Source: Candidatus Binatia bacterium (GTDB taxonomy: Bacteria > Desulfobacterota > Binatia > UBA9968 > JAJDTQ01). Taken from it: DNA of 64,000 nucleotides. The position numbers were made by a program, and so were the translations under genes. Under the pieces are notes generated by a model. It was not told where the DNA came from. It saw only the letters and a program-made list of their open reading frames with translations, and did not search any database. Of this stretch, positions 19,420 through 28,700 are shown piece after piece; position 1 is the stretch's first letter; every line of letters starts with the position of its first letter. Location of the stretch: contig OY762897.2 in the NCBI GenBank assembly GCA_963666515.2, positions 640,001 through 704,000 on the forward strand. The letters run 5' to 3'.

Positions 19420-19443
19420 GAAGTATACGGGTCTGTCCCTGGC

Positions 19444-19728
19444 CTACGTGAACAGTTTAACGATGATGGCGATGAGGCCAGCAAGTATGGAAACGCCTCC
19501 CAATGCCATCTTGCTTTCCAGCTTGGCGATGTCCGCCTTTGTGGCCAGGTACGGCAGAGTCGACTCGAAGGCCGCCTCCAGCCGGGCGATATCCGTCTTT
19601 GTGGCCAGCAGAGTCGATTCGAAGTGCGTCTCCAGCCGGGAGATATCCGCCTTTGTGGCCAAGTGCGGCAGAGTTGATTCAAAGGCCGTCTCCAGCCGGG
19701 TGATGCGTTCCTCCGCTCCGTCCGCCAT
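19444..19728 (-). CDS. DUF1640-like coiled-coil repeat protein with C-terminal TM helix
   Basis: LATKADI repeats followed by a hydrophobic tail; AAGGAG RBS. Confidence 0.65.
   Translation of the reverse strand: MADGAEERITRLETAFESTLPHLATKADISRLETHFESTLLATKTDIARLEAAFESTLPYLATKADIAKLESKMALGGVSILAGLIAIIVKLFT
19525..19698. repeat. in-frame tandem repeat, 3 units of 60/54/60 bp
   Basis: RLETAFESTLPHLATKADIS / RLETHFESTL--LATKTDIA / RLEAAFESTLPYLATKADIA. Confidence 0.85.
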
Positions 19729-19920
19729 GATCGTTCTCCTTGCGGCCACTGTGACCGCTGTTGCGATGAAAATCAACGGTTTTTGAACAAATGCAGCTAA
19801 ACCCCACGGTCTTCACGGTTGTTTGCCCAACGAATCCGGGCTGGCTATATTTGGAGCCGCGTTGCTTCCCAGCTCCGCACAAAACAACTTCAGTGGCATC
19901 ACACGAGAGGAGACTTCACC

Positions 19921-20781
19921 ATGCCCAGACCGCGCCCCATCCAGTGGCCGGACAACGCCAAGATTTGCGTCACCTTCATCATCCCGTGGGAAGTGTGGCC
20001 GGACAACTACGCCACCCGCGGCTCGCTCCAGCGGGTCAGCCACCCGCTGCCGCCGGAGAACGCCGTTTTCAAGCAGAACATGGCCGCGGTCACCGAGCGC
20101 GAGTACGGCGACCGGGTGGGCATCTGGCGCATCATGGACATGTTCGAGCGCCACAACCTCAAGGTCACCTTCCTGATGAACGGCAAGAAGGTCGAGCAGT
20201 TCCCCGACGAGTGCAAGGAATTCCAGGCCCAGGGGCACGAGTTCTCCTCGGAGTGCTACGAGCACGAGTACGCCTTCATGTACACCCGGGAGGAGGAGCG
20301 GAAGTCGATCCAGGACACCGTCGCCGCCTTCAGGAACGTGCTCGGAGCGCCGCCCACGGGCTACCTGTCGCCGGGCCACGCTTCCACCGACAACACCCTG
20401 GAGCTGGTGGCGGAGGCCGGTTTCGTGTGGTGGGCCGACCCGCTCAACTCCGACATCCCCTACACCGTGGAGGCAGCAGGCCGGAAGGTCGCGGTGGTGC
20501 CCTACAACGTGCCGGGCTGCAACGACTACTCCACCTACGGCGGCGGACGCACGCCCAGGGACCTGCTCCAGATCATGAAGGACCAGTTCGACTACCTCTA
20601 CTGGGAGGGAGAGCAGGGGGCGCCGAAGTTCTTCGCGTTCAACCTCCATCCGTTCGTCTCCGGCGTGCCTTACCGCACCCGGATCATCGACGAGTTCATC
20701 AAGTACGCCAGGGGCTTCTCGGACGTCTGGTTCGCTCGGCGGATCGAGATCGCCAACTGGGTCCTGGAGCAGGGCTACTGA
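19921..20781 (+). CDS. polysaccharide deacetylase family protein (PuuE/allantoinase-like)
   Basis: WPDNAKICVT, REYGDRVGIWRI, SDIPY, KDQFDYLYWEG, LHPFVSG; GAGGAG RBS. Confidence 0.85.
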   Translation: MPRPRPIQWPDNAKICVTFIIPWEVWPDNYATRGSLQRVSHPLPPENAVFKQNMAAVTEREYGDRVGIWRIMDMFERHNLKVTFLMNGKKVEQFPDECKEFQAQGHEFSSECYEHEYAFMYTREEERKSIQDTVAAFRNVLGAPPTGYLSPGHASTDNTLELVAEAGFVWWADPLNSDIPYTVEAAGRKVAVVPYNVPGCNDYSTYGGGRTPRDLLQIMKDQFDYLYWEGEQGAPKFFAFNLHPFVSGVPYRTRIIDEFIKYARGFSDVWFARRIEIANWVLEQGY

Positions 20782-20816
20782 GACGGACGGGAGGGCAGGG
20801 CTCTGTGGCGCCCGGG

Positions 20817-21476
20817 CTACCATTCGCCGTTGCCCATCTCGATGGTCTTGCCGCACAGCCCGCCGGCCCGGTCGCTGAGCAGGAAGGTGGCCACACCGGC
20901 CACCTCCGGCACCGAGAGGGTGGCCGGCTTCAGGATGTTCAGGCCCACGTTGTCGCCGGCGGCCTCCGCGGCGGTGGATTCGATCCACGCTGACAGCGCG
21001 GCGCTGGTGACCGAGTAGAGCCGTCTTTCGACGCCGTTCCCCGCGAGCGGCCGCGGAATCATCCAGAGCACGCGGCCCCACCGCCGGCGCCGCATGGGGG
21101 GCAGGAGCGCTTCCGTCGCCGCCTTGAAGCGAAGGAAGCCGTTGTCGAGCTGGGCTTTCCAGGAGAATGCGCGGCCGGGTTCCAGCTTGGGACGCCGGGC
21201 AATTCCGAACAGTATGTCGATGGGGCCGAATTCAGCGACGACGCGGTCCACGAGGGCGGTGGCGGACGGTTCATCCCACGCCTCGAGCGGATAGCCGGCG
21301 GTCCTGACGCGGCCTCCCTCCGCGGCCTCGGCCGCGACTCTGCGCGCAGCCCACTCCTTGCGGGCGCACACCGCCACGTGGACGCCCTCGGCCGCCAGGG
21401 CGCCGGCCACGGCCCGGCCGACGCCCCGCGAGCCTCCGAATACCAGCGCGCGTCTCCCTTCGATGCCGAGTTCCAT
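20817..21476 (-). CDS. short, degenerate SDR-family protein
   Basis: MELGIEGRRALVFGGSRGVG, PIDIL, MRRRRWGRV; YSVTS lacks the catalytic Lys. Confidence 0.7.
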   Translation of the reverse strand: MELGIEGRRALVFGGSRGVGRAVAGALAAEGVHVAVCARKEWAARRVAAEAAEGGRVRTAGYPLEAWDEPSATALVDRVVAEFGPIDILFGIARRPKLEPGRAFSWKAQLDNGFLRFKAATEALLPPMRRRRWGRVLWMIPRPLAGNGVERRLYSVTSAALSAWIESTAAEAAGDNVGLNILKPATLSVPEVAGVATFLLSDRAGGLCGKTIEMGNGEW

Positions 21477-21508
21477 GAACTCAGGCACGCGAGAGCCGCA
21501 AGAGCGGT

Positions 21509-23308
21509 CTATCCATGGTGCGCCTCCATTTTTCCGCGCGCCGCAAGCGCGAGCGGACGCTCCCCGGTCAGGTGCCGGACCAGCTCCGTTTCCCTGCGCA
21601 CCATTTCGGCAAAGTATCCGTCGCCCCGGGCCAGTTCCGCGGGCGTGCCGTGCTCCACGATCTTGCCGTGACGCAGGCAGATGACGCGGTCTGCGTGCCG
21701 CAGCGCGGACAGCCGGTGGGCGATGACGATGACCGTACGCCCCTGAGCCAGCGTGTGGATGTTCTGCTGGATACGGGCCTCGTCCTGCTTGTCCAGCGAA
21801 CTCGTGGCTTCGTCCAGGATCAGCAGCGTCCTCCAGTGGAACAGCGCCCGGGCGAGCGCCATGCGCTGCCGTTCGCCGCCCGAGAGGAGCGTGCCGCGGG
21901 CCCCCACCCGGGTGGCGTAGCCCTGGGGCGTCCGGATGATGAACTCGTGGGCGCACGCCGCCCTGGCCGCGGCCGTGACCCGGTCCATGTGGCGCCGGCC
22001 CGGCCCCAGGGCGATGTTGTCGGCGATGCTGCGCCGAAAGATCGGATAGTCCTGCTCCACCGAGCCGACGTGGCCGCGGATCCAGGCGGGGTCGGCCACC
22101 GCGGCGTCCACGCCGTCCAGCAGGACGCGCCCTTCGGTGGCGAGGTAGAGTCGCTGGACCAGGCGGCCCACGGTGCTCTTGCCCGAACCCGACGGGCCGA
22201 CGATGCCCAGGGTCTCGCCGGGCTCCACTTCGAACGTGACGCCGCCGAGCGCGTCCCGGTCTCCGTCCGGGTAGCGGAAACGCACGCCCTCGAAACGGAC
22301 GGCCCCCTTGGGGGACGGGACCCTGACGAGGTGTCCGTCCTGGCGTTCGGTGGCCTCGTTGAGCACCGTCCCCAGCTCCTTCACCAGGCCCCGGAGCCGG
22401 GAGAAGTCGTAGGTGAACAGGCACAGGCGCATCATGGGCTGGGAGAACCGCATGTTCACCAAGTTGACCGCCACGAGCTGTCCCAGCGTGAGCTGTCCGT
22501 CCAGCACCATCGACGCTCCGAACCACAGCAGGCCGGCGGTGCCGAACCGGTTCACGAACTGGTTGTACTGGGTCATGGACTCGCGCAGGTTCTGGGCGTC
22601 CTCTTCCGACGATACCGCCTCATCCACCCGTTGGGCGAGGAAGGCCTCCTGGGCCTGCTCTCCTTGCATGCCCTTCACGGTCTCGATGCCGTTGAAGGTG
22701 TCGAGCACGGCTTCGTTGCTGTCCCTCCGGCTGCTGCGGCTCCGCCGGCTCCGGCGCTGCAGCGTGGGCATCACCACGAAGGCCGGGGCGACGTAGAGGG
22801 GCAGGCAGGCCAGCACGATCATGGACAGGGTGAGGCTGAAGTTCAGCATCAGGGCGAGGAACGCCAGCACGAAGACGACGTCCACGAACACGAACACCAC
22901 GGCGTTGGTGAGGAAACGGCGCAGGTGCTGCAGCTCTTCGATGCGGGAAAGGGTCTCCACCGCGGTGTTGTGGAGATAGAAGGAGACGGGAAGCTCCAGG
23001 GAGTGGCGGATGAGCCTCGAAAGCAGCGCGCGGTCCATGTCCCGCACCGCGCGGCGCAGGGCCTTGTGCCGGGCGCCCCGAAGGACCGCCTCGAAGGCCA
23101 GGAAGAACAGGAGGCTCACGATGATGACGTCGAGCGTGGCGGCGCCGCGGTTGGACAGCACCCGGTCGATGATGATGAGGAAGGCGAAGGGATAGATGTA
23201 TCCCAGGAGGTTGACGAAGAAGGACGCCGCCACCAACGGCCCGAACACGGCCTTGTTGTCCAGCAGGTGCCGGGCGATGGACCGCACCGTGAAGGTTTCT
23301 TCAGCCAT
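21509..23308 (-). CDS. HlyB-like type I secretion / peptide-export ABC transporter without a C39 domain
   Basis: ASFFVNLL..P..IIDRVL..RG..TLDV TMD; GPSGSGKST, LSGGERQR, ILDEATS, IAHRLS. Confidence 0.85.
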   Translation of the reverse strand: MAEETFTVRSIARHLLDNKAVFGPLVAASFFVNLLGYIYPFAFLIIIDRVLSNRGAATLDVIIVSLLFFLAFEAVLRGARHKALRRAVRDMDRALLSRLIRHSLELPVSFYLHNTAVETLSRIEELQHLRRFLTNAVVFVFVDVVFVLAFLALMLNFSLTLSMIVLACLPLYVAPAFVVMPTLQRRSRRSRSSRRDSNEAVLDTFNGIETVKGMQGEQAQEAFLAQRVDEAVSSEEDAQNLRESMTQYNQFVNRFGTAGLLWFGASMVLDGQLTLGQLVAVNLVNMRFSQPMMRLCLFTYDFSRLRGLVKELGTVLNEATERQDGHLVRVPSPKGAVRFEGVRFRYPDGDRDALGGVTFEVEPGETLGIVGPSGSGKSTVGRLVQRLYLATEGRVLLDGVDAAVADPAWIRGHVGSVEQDYPIFRRSIADNIALGPGRRHMDRVTAAARAACAHEFIIRTPQGYATRVGARGTLLSGGERQRMALARALFHWRTLLILDEATSSLDKQDEARIQQNIHTLAQGRTVIVIAHRLSALRHADRVICLRHGKIVEHGTPAELARGDGYFAEMVRRETELVRHLTGERPLALAARGKMEAHHG

Positions 23309-24086
23309 GGCTCCGGTCCCGGAGGTCGTTTCCGTTCACCAGCATGACGCCTTGGGCGGCAAGACTTTTGACGAGGTCGACGCGGGCGTGGTCGCGGGGT
23401 CTGCCGTCATCGGGCGTAAGCGGCGACCAGTTCGTGGAGCTTTCGAGCAGCGAGAACGCTTCCGGCGCCAGTTCCAGCACCCGGGGTTGACGCCGTCCGC
23501 GCGAGGCCGCGACGGTGAGGAACAGCGGCCGTCGCGACACCGGCTCACCGGAGCGCGCGGATTCGAACAGGCCCCGCACGTCGTGCTCGCAACGCACCAG
23601 CGCGGCGCCGGGGTGAGCCCGGTACCACAGGTCCGCCGACGGTTGCGGGCGCGCCGCCAGGACCTCGCGCTCCATGGCCGTGGGCCGCAGGGTGCGGGCG
23701 CGGGCCAGCGCCAGCTCGATGGCCGCCACGTCGGCGGCCCATGCCGGCTCCGGCGGACGCCGGGCGCTGTGCTTCCGAAAGTGGTCGAAGAAACACGCGG
23801 CGTCCGGGTAGCGCTCATAGGTGGCCGGCGGACACGCGGATGCAAAGTCCCGTATGAGGGCGGAGAAGCCGTGGCCCAGCAGGGTCGCGGTGCGCTCGAA
23901 CGTCTGGCGGATGCGCTTCATGCGCTTGTTGTAGGAGAACTCCGCCTCCAGCCGCAGCCGCCGGATGTCCATGCCCTGGAGGTCAGGGTCACGGCCCGCG
24001 GACCCGAGGTCCCGGGTGCCGAAGATGAACGCATGGCTGGTCAGGTGACGAAGCAGGTTGGTCTGTGTGTCAATGAGTCTGTGCAT
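23301..24086 (-). CDS. DUF2063-family MNIO partner protein (HvfC/BufC-like)
   Basis: RRLRL..Y..R..I..TF..T..LLG..F..LI.DF...PP then WAADVAAIELA; overlaps the 3' end of the DUF692 gene. Confidence 0.7.
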   Translation of the reverse strand: MHRLIDTQTNLLRHLTSHAFIFGTRDLGSAGRDPDLQGMDIRRLRLEAEFSYNKRMKRIRQTFERTATLLGHGFSALIRDFASACPPATYERYPDAACFFDHFRKHSARRPPEPAWAADVAAIELALARARTLRPTAMEREVLAARPQPSADLWYRAHPGAALVRCEHDVRGLFESARSGEPVSRRPLFLTVAASRGRRQPRVLELAPEAFSLLESSTNWSPLTPDDGRPRDHARVDLVKSLAAQGVMLVNGNDLRDRSHG

Positions 24087-24954
24087 GGTGTGCCGGCCTT
24101 TCCTGCCTTGCGGCCTTTTGCGTCTGGCGGCGGATTCGCGCCACGTCCGCCAGAAGCTCTTCGCCCTGCTCGAAGTCGTTGTCGCGCTCCAGGATCACCG
24201 TCTGCGGCCGCTGCCGCTCCAGGGCGCGCTCCAACAGCGCCAGCGCCTGTTCCGGCACCTGGTGGCTGTGGTTGTCGGCATGGAAGGGCGCGTCGAGGTA
24301 GGGCCGGTGAATCAGCGGCCCGCCGGCGGCGTGAACGCCGGTCACCACACCCGCGGGCAGTTGGTCCAGGAATGCGTCCGGGTCGATGCCGTGGTTCCTG
24401 GAGTTGACGAACAGGTTCTCTACGTCCAGCAGCATGCCTACGCCGGTCTCCCGGAACAGCAGGTTGAAGAACTCCGCGTCGGTCATCTCCGCGTCCGGGA
24501 AGTCGAAGACGTAGGAGATGTTCTCGATGGAGAACGGCACCGGCAGACGCGCCTGGAGCTGCTCGATCTTGGGGATGAGCAGGTCCGCGGCCGCGCGGGT
24601 CTTGGGTACCGGCAGCAGGTTGGCGATGTCGATGCCCGGCACTTTGGTCCACGCCAGGTGCTCGCTGTAGGACGGAACCTTGAGGTCCTCGATGGCCTCC
24701 GCGACGCCGTCCAGGTAGGTCTCGTCGAGGGGCGCGTCCGTGCCGATGGAAAGGCCCACGCCGTGAAGCACCAGCGGTATCCGGTCCACCAGGTTGCGGA
24801 TCGCGTTGCGCGCGTATTCGCCGCCCTTGATGTAGTGGTCCACGGTGATCTCCAGGACGTCGAATCGGTGCAGGTTGGCCAGCGTCCACCGGGTGATGGG
24901 GACGCGGTAACCGATGCCGATCAGGGGGGATGTGTCTGGTAGTGAAGTGTTCAT
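24070..24954 (-). CDS. DUF692 multinuclear non-heme iron oxidative enzyme (MbnB/TglH/ChrH family)
   Basis: GIGYR, LHGVGLSIG, YSEHLAW, LLPVP, IENIS, LLDVENL, HAAGG, DNHS, ILERD; GGGAGG RBS. Confidence 0.92.
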   Translation of the reverse strand: MNTSLPDTSPLIGIGYRVPITRWTLANLHRFDVLEITVDHYIKGGEYARNAIRNLVDRIPLVLHGVGLSIGTDAPLDETYLDGVAEAIEDLKVPSYSEHLAWTKVPGIDIANLLPVPKTRAAADLLIPKIEQLQARLPVPFSIENISYVFDFPDAEMTDAEFFNLLFRETGVGMLLDVENLFVNSRNHGIDPDAFLDQLPAGVVTGVHAAGGPLIHRPYLDAPFHADNHSHQVPEQALALLERALERQRPQTVILERDNDFEQGEELLADVARIRRQTQKAARQERPAHHAQTH

Positions 24955-25034
24955 GCAGCCTCCCGGTTCGAGACGAGTCCAAGCCGTTGACGGCTGCCCG
25001 CTCGCCGGCAACCGTCGGACGTCCGTACGGGCCG

Positions 25035-25054
25035 CCCCGGCCGCGAGGCCGGGG
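25035..25054. other. GC-rich hairpin in the leader upstream of the DUF692 operon
   Basis: CCCCGGCC-GCGA-GGCCGGGG, perfect 8-bp stem. Confidence 0.45.
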
Positions 25055-25073
25055 ACAACGCCCATAGCAATAT

Positions 25074-25100
25074 TAATCGTCCGGCCGGACCGGAACTTTA
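25074..25100 (-). promoter_or_regulatory. possible sigma-28-like promoter
   Basis: Minus strand reads TAAA-N15-GACGATTA against consensus TAAA-N15-GCCGATAA. Confidence 0.25.
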
Positions 25101-25145
25101 GGATGGAAAGCGCGGGAGGCGCAGAAATTTAGCGGGACGGGACCC

Positions 25146-26156
25146 TTACGCCAGCTCCATGCCCACCACCCTCGCGGGGTTGCGGGTGCAGACGGTGTAG
25201 AGTTCGTCTTCGGTGAGGCCGAAGGCTTCCATGTAGCCCCGGATGAGGCGCATGGCTTCCACGGAGTCGGGGAACAGCGGCTCGCCGGCATCGCTGGACA
25301 GCGTGAAATGCTCCACCCCCACCTCGCGGATGGTGTTGTACATGATCTGGGGGTCGACGCCGAGGAGCGGCGACAGCTCGTCGAAGGTGAAGTTGAACAG
25401 CACGCCCAACGGGGCAAGCTGCTTCATCTGCTCCACCGACACGTCAAGGAAGGGGCTGTAGGGATGGTCGATGACCAGCCGCCGGAGGCCGGCGCGATCC
25501 GCCTCCTCGGCGATCTTGAATATCTCCTTGTGGGTGGGATGGCCGAAGAACAGCGCCACGTCGCGCTCCACGCACAGGCGGATGATGTCCCTGACCTCGG
25601 GCTTCAACTCGCCCGACTCGTCGAGGTTGTAGCGTCCGTGCTCCAGCGCCTTTTCCCAGGACAGGGGGCCCATCCACCCCTGGGCGTTCATGTCGTGCTC
25701 GATCAGTTCCCGGCGGCTGCCCACGATATGCATGGTGTTGGCGTGATTGAACACCGGCAGCCACAGCGCGACGACCCCGCCGTCGATGGCCTTCTCGGCC
25801 AACTCGGCCGACACCGGGTCGTCGTTCCTCCCGCACACGAAGCCGGGAAACAGCGCCACCGGCGCGACGCCCTCCTGAGCGGCCCACGCGTCCAGTTGCT
25901 CCTGCAGCTCGCGGACCGCCTTGCCGGCGTTGCCGACGATGGACTTGAACAGGATGCCCTTCATCTCGGCGCGTGAAGCCTTCTTCACCAGGTCCAGGGC
26001 GTCCTGCTGACCCGCGTGGGCGTGGGCGTGGATGTCGATGGCGTCCTTGACCTTGATGTGGCCGGGATGGACCACGCCGGGCTTGTACTGGGTGCGCGCC
26101 GCGTAGGAGGTGACGCAGCGTTCCTGGGTCGGGGTCGAGACCACGTTCTCGCTCAT
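25146..26156 (-). CDS. amidohydrolase-like TIM-barrel metalloprotein (DUF6282-like)
   Basis: AIDIHAHAH, ILFKS, WLP, FFGH, VIDHP, LSSDAG, NPARVVG. Confidence 0.65.
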   Translation of the reverse strand: MSENVVSTPTQERCVTSYAARTQYKPGVVHPGHIKVKDAIDIHAHAHAGQQDALDLVKKASRAEMKGILFKSIVGNAGKAVRELQEQLDAWAAQEGVAPVALFPGFVCGRNDDPVSAELAEKAIDGGVVALWLPVFNHANTMHIVGSRRELIEHDMNAQGWMGPLSWEKALEHGRYNLDESGELKPEVRDIIRLCVERDVALFFGHPTHKEIFKIAEEADRAGLRRLVIDHPYSPFLDVSVEQMKQLAPLGVLFNFTFDELSPLLGVDPQIMYNTIREVGVEHFTLSSDAGEPLFPDSVEAMRLIRGYMEAFGLTEDELYTVCTRNPARVVGMELA

Positions 26157-26319
26157 CGTTCGTCTCCCTTCTCTGTTGGTCGAGTTCGGAGGACGGGAGG
26201 GCGGCAGACGCCGCTTGCCTGCACCGTGTTTCGATTCCATAGTAGACTCTCGAAACCCGAAACGAAAGAGAGGGCATGAACTTCGCCGGCCTGAACGCCC
26301 GCTGGCGAGGACGGCACCC

Positions 26320-27360
26320 ATGTTCGAGACGCTCGGATTCCAGCACGTCACTCCGCTCCAGGCATCCGTGGTCCTGGGTCTTGTGCTCGGCGCCTTCTAC
26401 GGCGTGCTCGCCCAGCGCAGCCGGTTCTGCCTCCGTCGCGGCCTGGTGGGAGACTGGGACGAATGCCTGCCCGCGCTCGGCGTCTGGGTCATGGGCTTGG
26501 CAATGGCGATTGCCGGCACCCAGGGAGCGGCGGCCGCGGGTGTGATCTCCTTCGACGCGCACCGCTTCCTCGCTCCCGACCTTCCCGTCGTTTCGGTGCT
26601 GTTGGGCGGCGCGCTGTTCGGCGCCGGCATGGTGCTCAGCGGCGGCTGCGTCTCCCGTCTCACGGTTCTCGCCGGCTCCGGCAACCTGCGGTCGGCTCTC
26701 GTGCTGGTGGTCTTTTCGGTCGTTGCCTACGCGACCATGAAGGGGGTGCTGGCGCCGTTGCGCACGACGCTCGGCGGGTGGAGCGTGGATCCCGGCGGCA
26801 CGGTCGCGCTGACCGCGTTGCCTGGCGGGGCGGTCTGGCCTTGGGGCTTGGCGCTCGCCGCAACGGTGCTGGCGCTGCGCTCCGGCGCGTCGCCGCGCCA
26901 CTTGGTGATGGCCGCGGCGATCGGCCTCCTGGTGCCGCTGGGATGGGTCGGGACCGGCTTCGTCCTGCTGGACGACTTCGATCCGGTGCCGCTGCAGTCC
27001 CTGGGATTCACCGGGCCCATGGCCGACACCCTGTTCTGGACCATGGCGGCCACGGCAATTCCCGCGGGGTTCGGCACCGGCCTTGCCGCCGGCGTATTCA
27101 CGGGTAGTCTCGCCGCCTCCGTGTGCGCGGGAGAGTTCCGCTGGAGCAGCCTGGAAGGGCCGCGGCAGACCGGCCGCTACATGGCGGGCGCCGCGCTGAT
27201 GGGAACCGGCGGCGTCCTGGCCGGCGGGTGTACCGTGGGGGCCGGATTGTCCGGCGTGTCGACCGCGAGCCTTGCCGCCATCCTGGCGCTCACGGCCATG
27301 GTTGTGTCGGCGAGAATGACGGGAAGGCTTCTCTCTGAAGAGACGCGGACAGGCCCGTGA
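26320..27360 (+). CDS. YeeE/YedE (SoxT-like) sulfur-compound transporter
   Basis: RSRFC, GMVLSGGC, GGVLAGGCTVG; highly hydrophobic; next to sox genes. Confidence 0.9.
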   Translation: MFETLGFQHVTPLQASVVLGLVLGAFYGVLAQRSRFCLRRGLVGDWDECLPALGVWVMGLAMAIAGTQGAAAAGVISFDAHRFLAPDLPVVSVLLGGALFGAGMVLSGGCVSRLTVLAGSGNLRSALVLVVFSVVAYATMKGVLAPLRTTLGGWSVDPGGTVALTALPGGAVWPWGLALAATVLALRSGASPRHLVMAAAIGLLVPLGWVGTGFVLLDDFDPVPLQSLGFTGPMADTLFWTMAATAIPAGFGTGLAAGVFTGSLAASVCAGEFRWSSLEGPRQTGRYMAGAALMGTGGVLAGGCTVGAGLSGVSTASLAAILALTAMVVSARMTGRLLSEETRTGP

Positions 27361-27372
27361 GGGCCCGTCCGC
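27345..27372. terminator. stem-loop between convergent yeeE-like and soxF genes
   Basis: GCGGACAGGCCC-GTGA-GGGCCCGTCCGC, 11 of 12 pairs. Confidence 0.45.
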
Positions 27373-27382
27373 TGCCTCGCCA

Positions 27383-28684
27383 CTACCCGAAAATGTCCTT
27401 GGAGAAGCCCGCGTACCAGCCGAGCGACTCCTCGTAGGTCGCCTTGCGCAGTTCCGCGCTCTCTCCGGTCTTCGAGATGAAGCCGTCGGTCTTGGCGATC
27501 TTCTCGTCGGTGGCCTTGTAGGAAGCGCCGACCTTCACCCCGTCGTCGGTTCCGATGAGCGACCAGCAGGTGTTGGAGAAGCGCGCCGGGAACACCTTGG
27601 ACTTCGTCAGCGCCCCGCGCACCGCCATGGCGCACACCTTGGCCTGGCTGTTGGCGGAGAACCCGGACTTGGGCATGTCCCCCTGCTGCGACGCGTCGCC
27701 GAGCACGTGGATGTTCTCGTCCGCCCGGCTCTGCATGGTGTGCGGCACCACCGGCACCCAGCCGGCCTTGTTGGTGATGCCCGCCACCGCGGCGATGCGT
27801 CCCGCCTGCTGGGCCGGGATGACGTTGCAGACGTCCACCTTGGTCACCTCGCCGTCGATCACCACCTCCATGGAACCGGGCCGCACCTCGACCTTGTTGC
27901 CGCCGAAGTCCGGGCCGACCCGCTCGACCATGCCCGGGTAGAGGCGCTGCCAGCCGTCCTCGAAAAGCCCCTGCTTGGAGAACTTCGCCTTCGGGTCCAC
28001 GATCAGGATCTTCGCCGTCGGGTTCGACTGCTTCAGCGTGTGGGCGACCATCGAGATGCGCTCGTACGGCCCCGGCGGGCAGCGGAATGGGTTCGGCGGC
28101 GCCACCATGCAGTAGACCCCGCCCTTCCGCATCGCCGCCACCTGCGCCTTGAGGAGCTGCGTCTGCGAGCCCGCCTTGTAGGCGTGGGGCATGCGGTTCT
28201 GTTGCGACAGGTCCCAGCCGGGCACCGAGCCCGGACGGAAGTCGATGCCCGGCGACAGCACCAACCGGTCGTAGGCGAGGCTGCCGCCGCCGGCGAGCCC
28301 TACGGTCTTCTTGTCGCGGTCGACGGAGACGGCCCAGTCGTGAACGACGTTGATGCCGTAGGCGGCCGCGAGGGTTCCATAGCTGTGACCGAGGGACTCG
28401 AACTCGCGGAAGCCGCCGAGGTAGAGGTTCGAGAAGAAGCACGAATAGTAGCGCCGGGTGGGCTCCACAAGGATCACGTCCACGGCGCCCTTCGAGTCCT
28501 TGGCGATGTAGCGCGCGGCCGTGGCGCCGCCGGCGCCGCCGCCGATCACCACCACCCGCGGGTGGCTCTTGCCGAGGACGGGTCCCGCCCACAGGGCCGC
28601 CGATGCCGCGACCGTCGATGCCAGGAAGCGGCGCCTGCTTATGCCGCGGGTTTCAATCTTCTGGTTTTCACTCTCCTTTTTCAT
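27383..28684 (-). CDS. soxF: flavocytochrome c sulfide dehydrogenase flavoprotein (SoxF/FccB)
   Basis: Tat motif SRRRFL, GGGAGG, CFFSN, RCPPGPYER, MPKSG, NTCWS. Confidence 0.9.
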   Translation of the reverse strand: MKKESENQKIETRGISRRRFLASTVAASAALWAGPVLGKSHPRVVVIGGGAGGATAARYIAKDSKGAVDVILVEPTRRYYSCFFSNLYLGGFREFESLGHSYGTLAAAYGINVVHDWAVSVDRDKKTVGLAGGGSLAYDRLVLSPGIDFRPGSVPGWDLSQQNRMPHAYKAGSQTQLLKAQVAAMRKGGVYCMVAPPNPFRCPPGPYERISMVAHTLKQSNPTAKILIVDPKAKFSKQGLFEDGWQRLYPGMVERVGPDFGGNKVEVRPGSMEVVIDGEVTKVDVCNVIPAQQAGRIAAVAGITNKAGWVPVVPHTMQSRADENIHVLGDASQQGDMPKSGFSANSQAKVCAMAVRGALTKSKVFPARFSNTCWSLIGTDDGVKVGASYKATDEKIAKTDGFISKTGESAELRKATYEESLGWYAGFSKDIFG

Positions 28685-28700
28685 GATGGCTCTCCTTTTT

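Noticed and set aside
19444-19728. Repeat protein as a CRISPR array or as the MNIO precursor
   Set aside because: The repeats are contiguous, in frame and have no spacers; the protein has no Cys and is separated from the operon by an opposite-strand gene
21477-22526. The 569-aa ORF suggesting a long N-terminal extension on the SDR
   Set aside because: The extension overlaps the ABC transporter in another frame and is low-complexity; the SDR starts at 21476
24951-25070. 39-aa minus-strand ORF (TTG start, MLWALSPASRPGRPVRTSDGCRR...) ending in an ATGA overlap with DUF692, as a candidate MNIO precursor
   Set aside because: No RBS, one Cys, and Arg/Pro/Ser-rich composition typical of non-coding GC-rich DNA; the TGA arises automatically from ATGA
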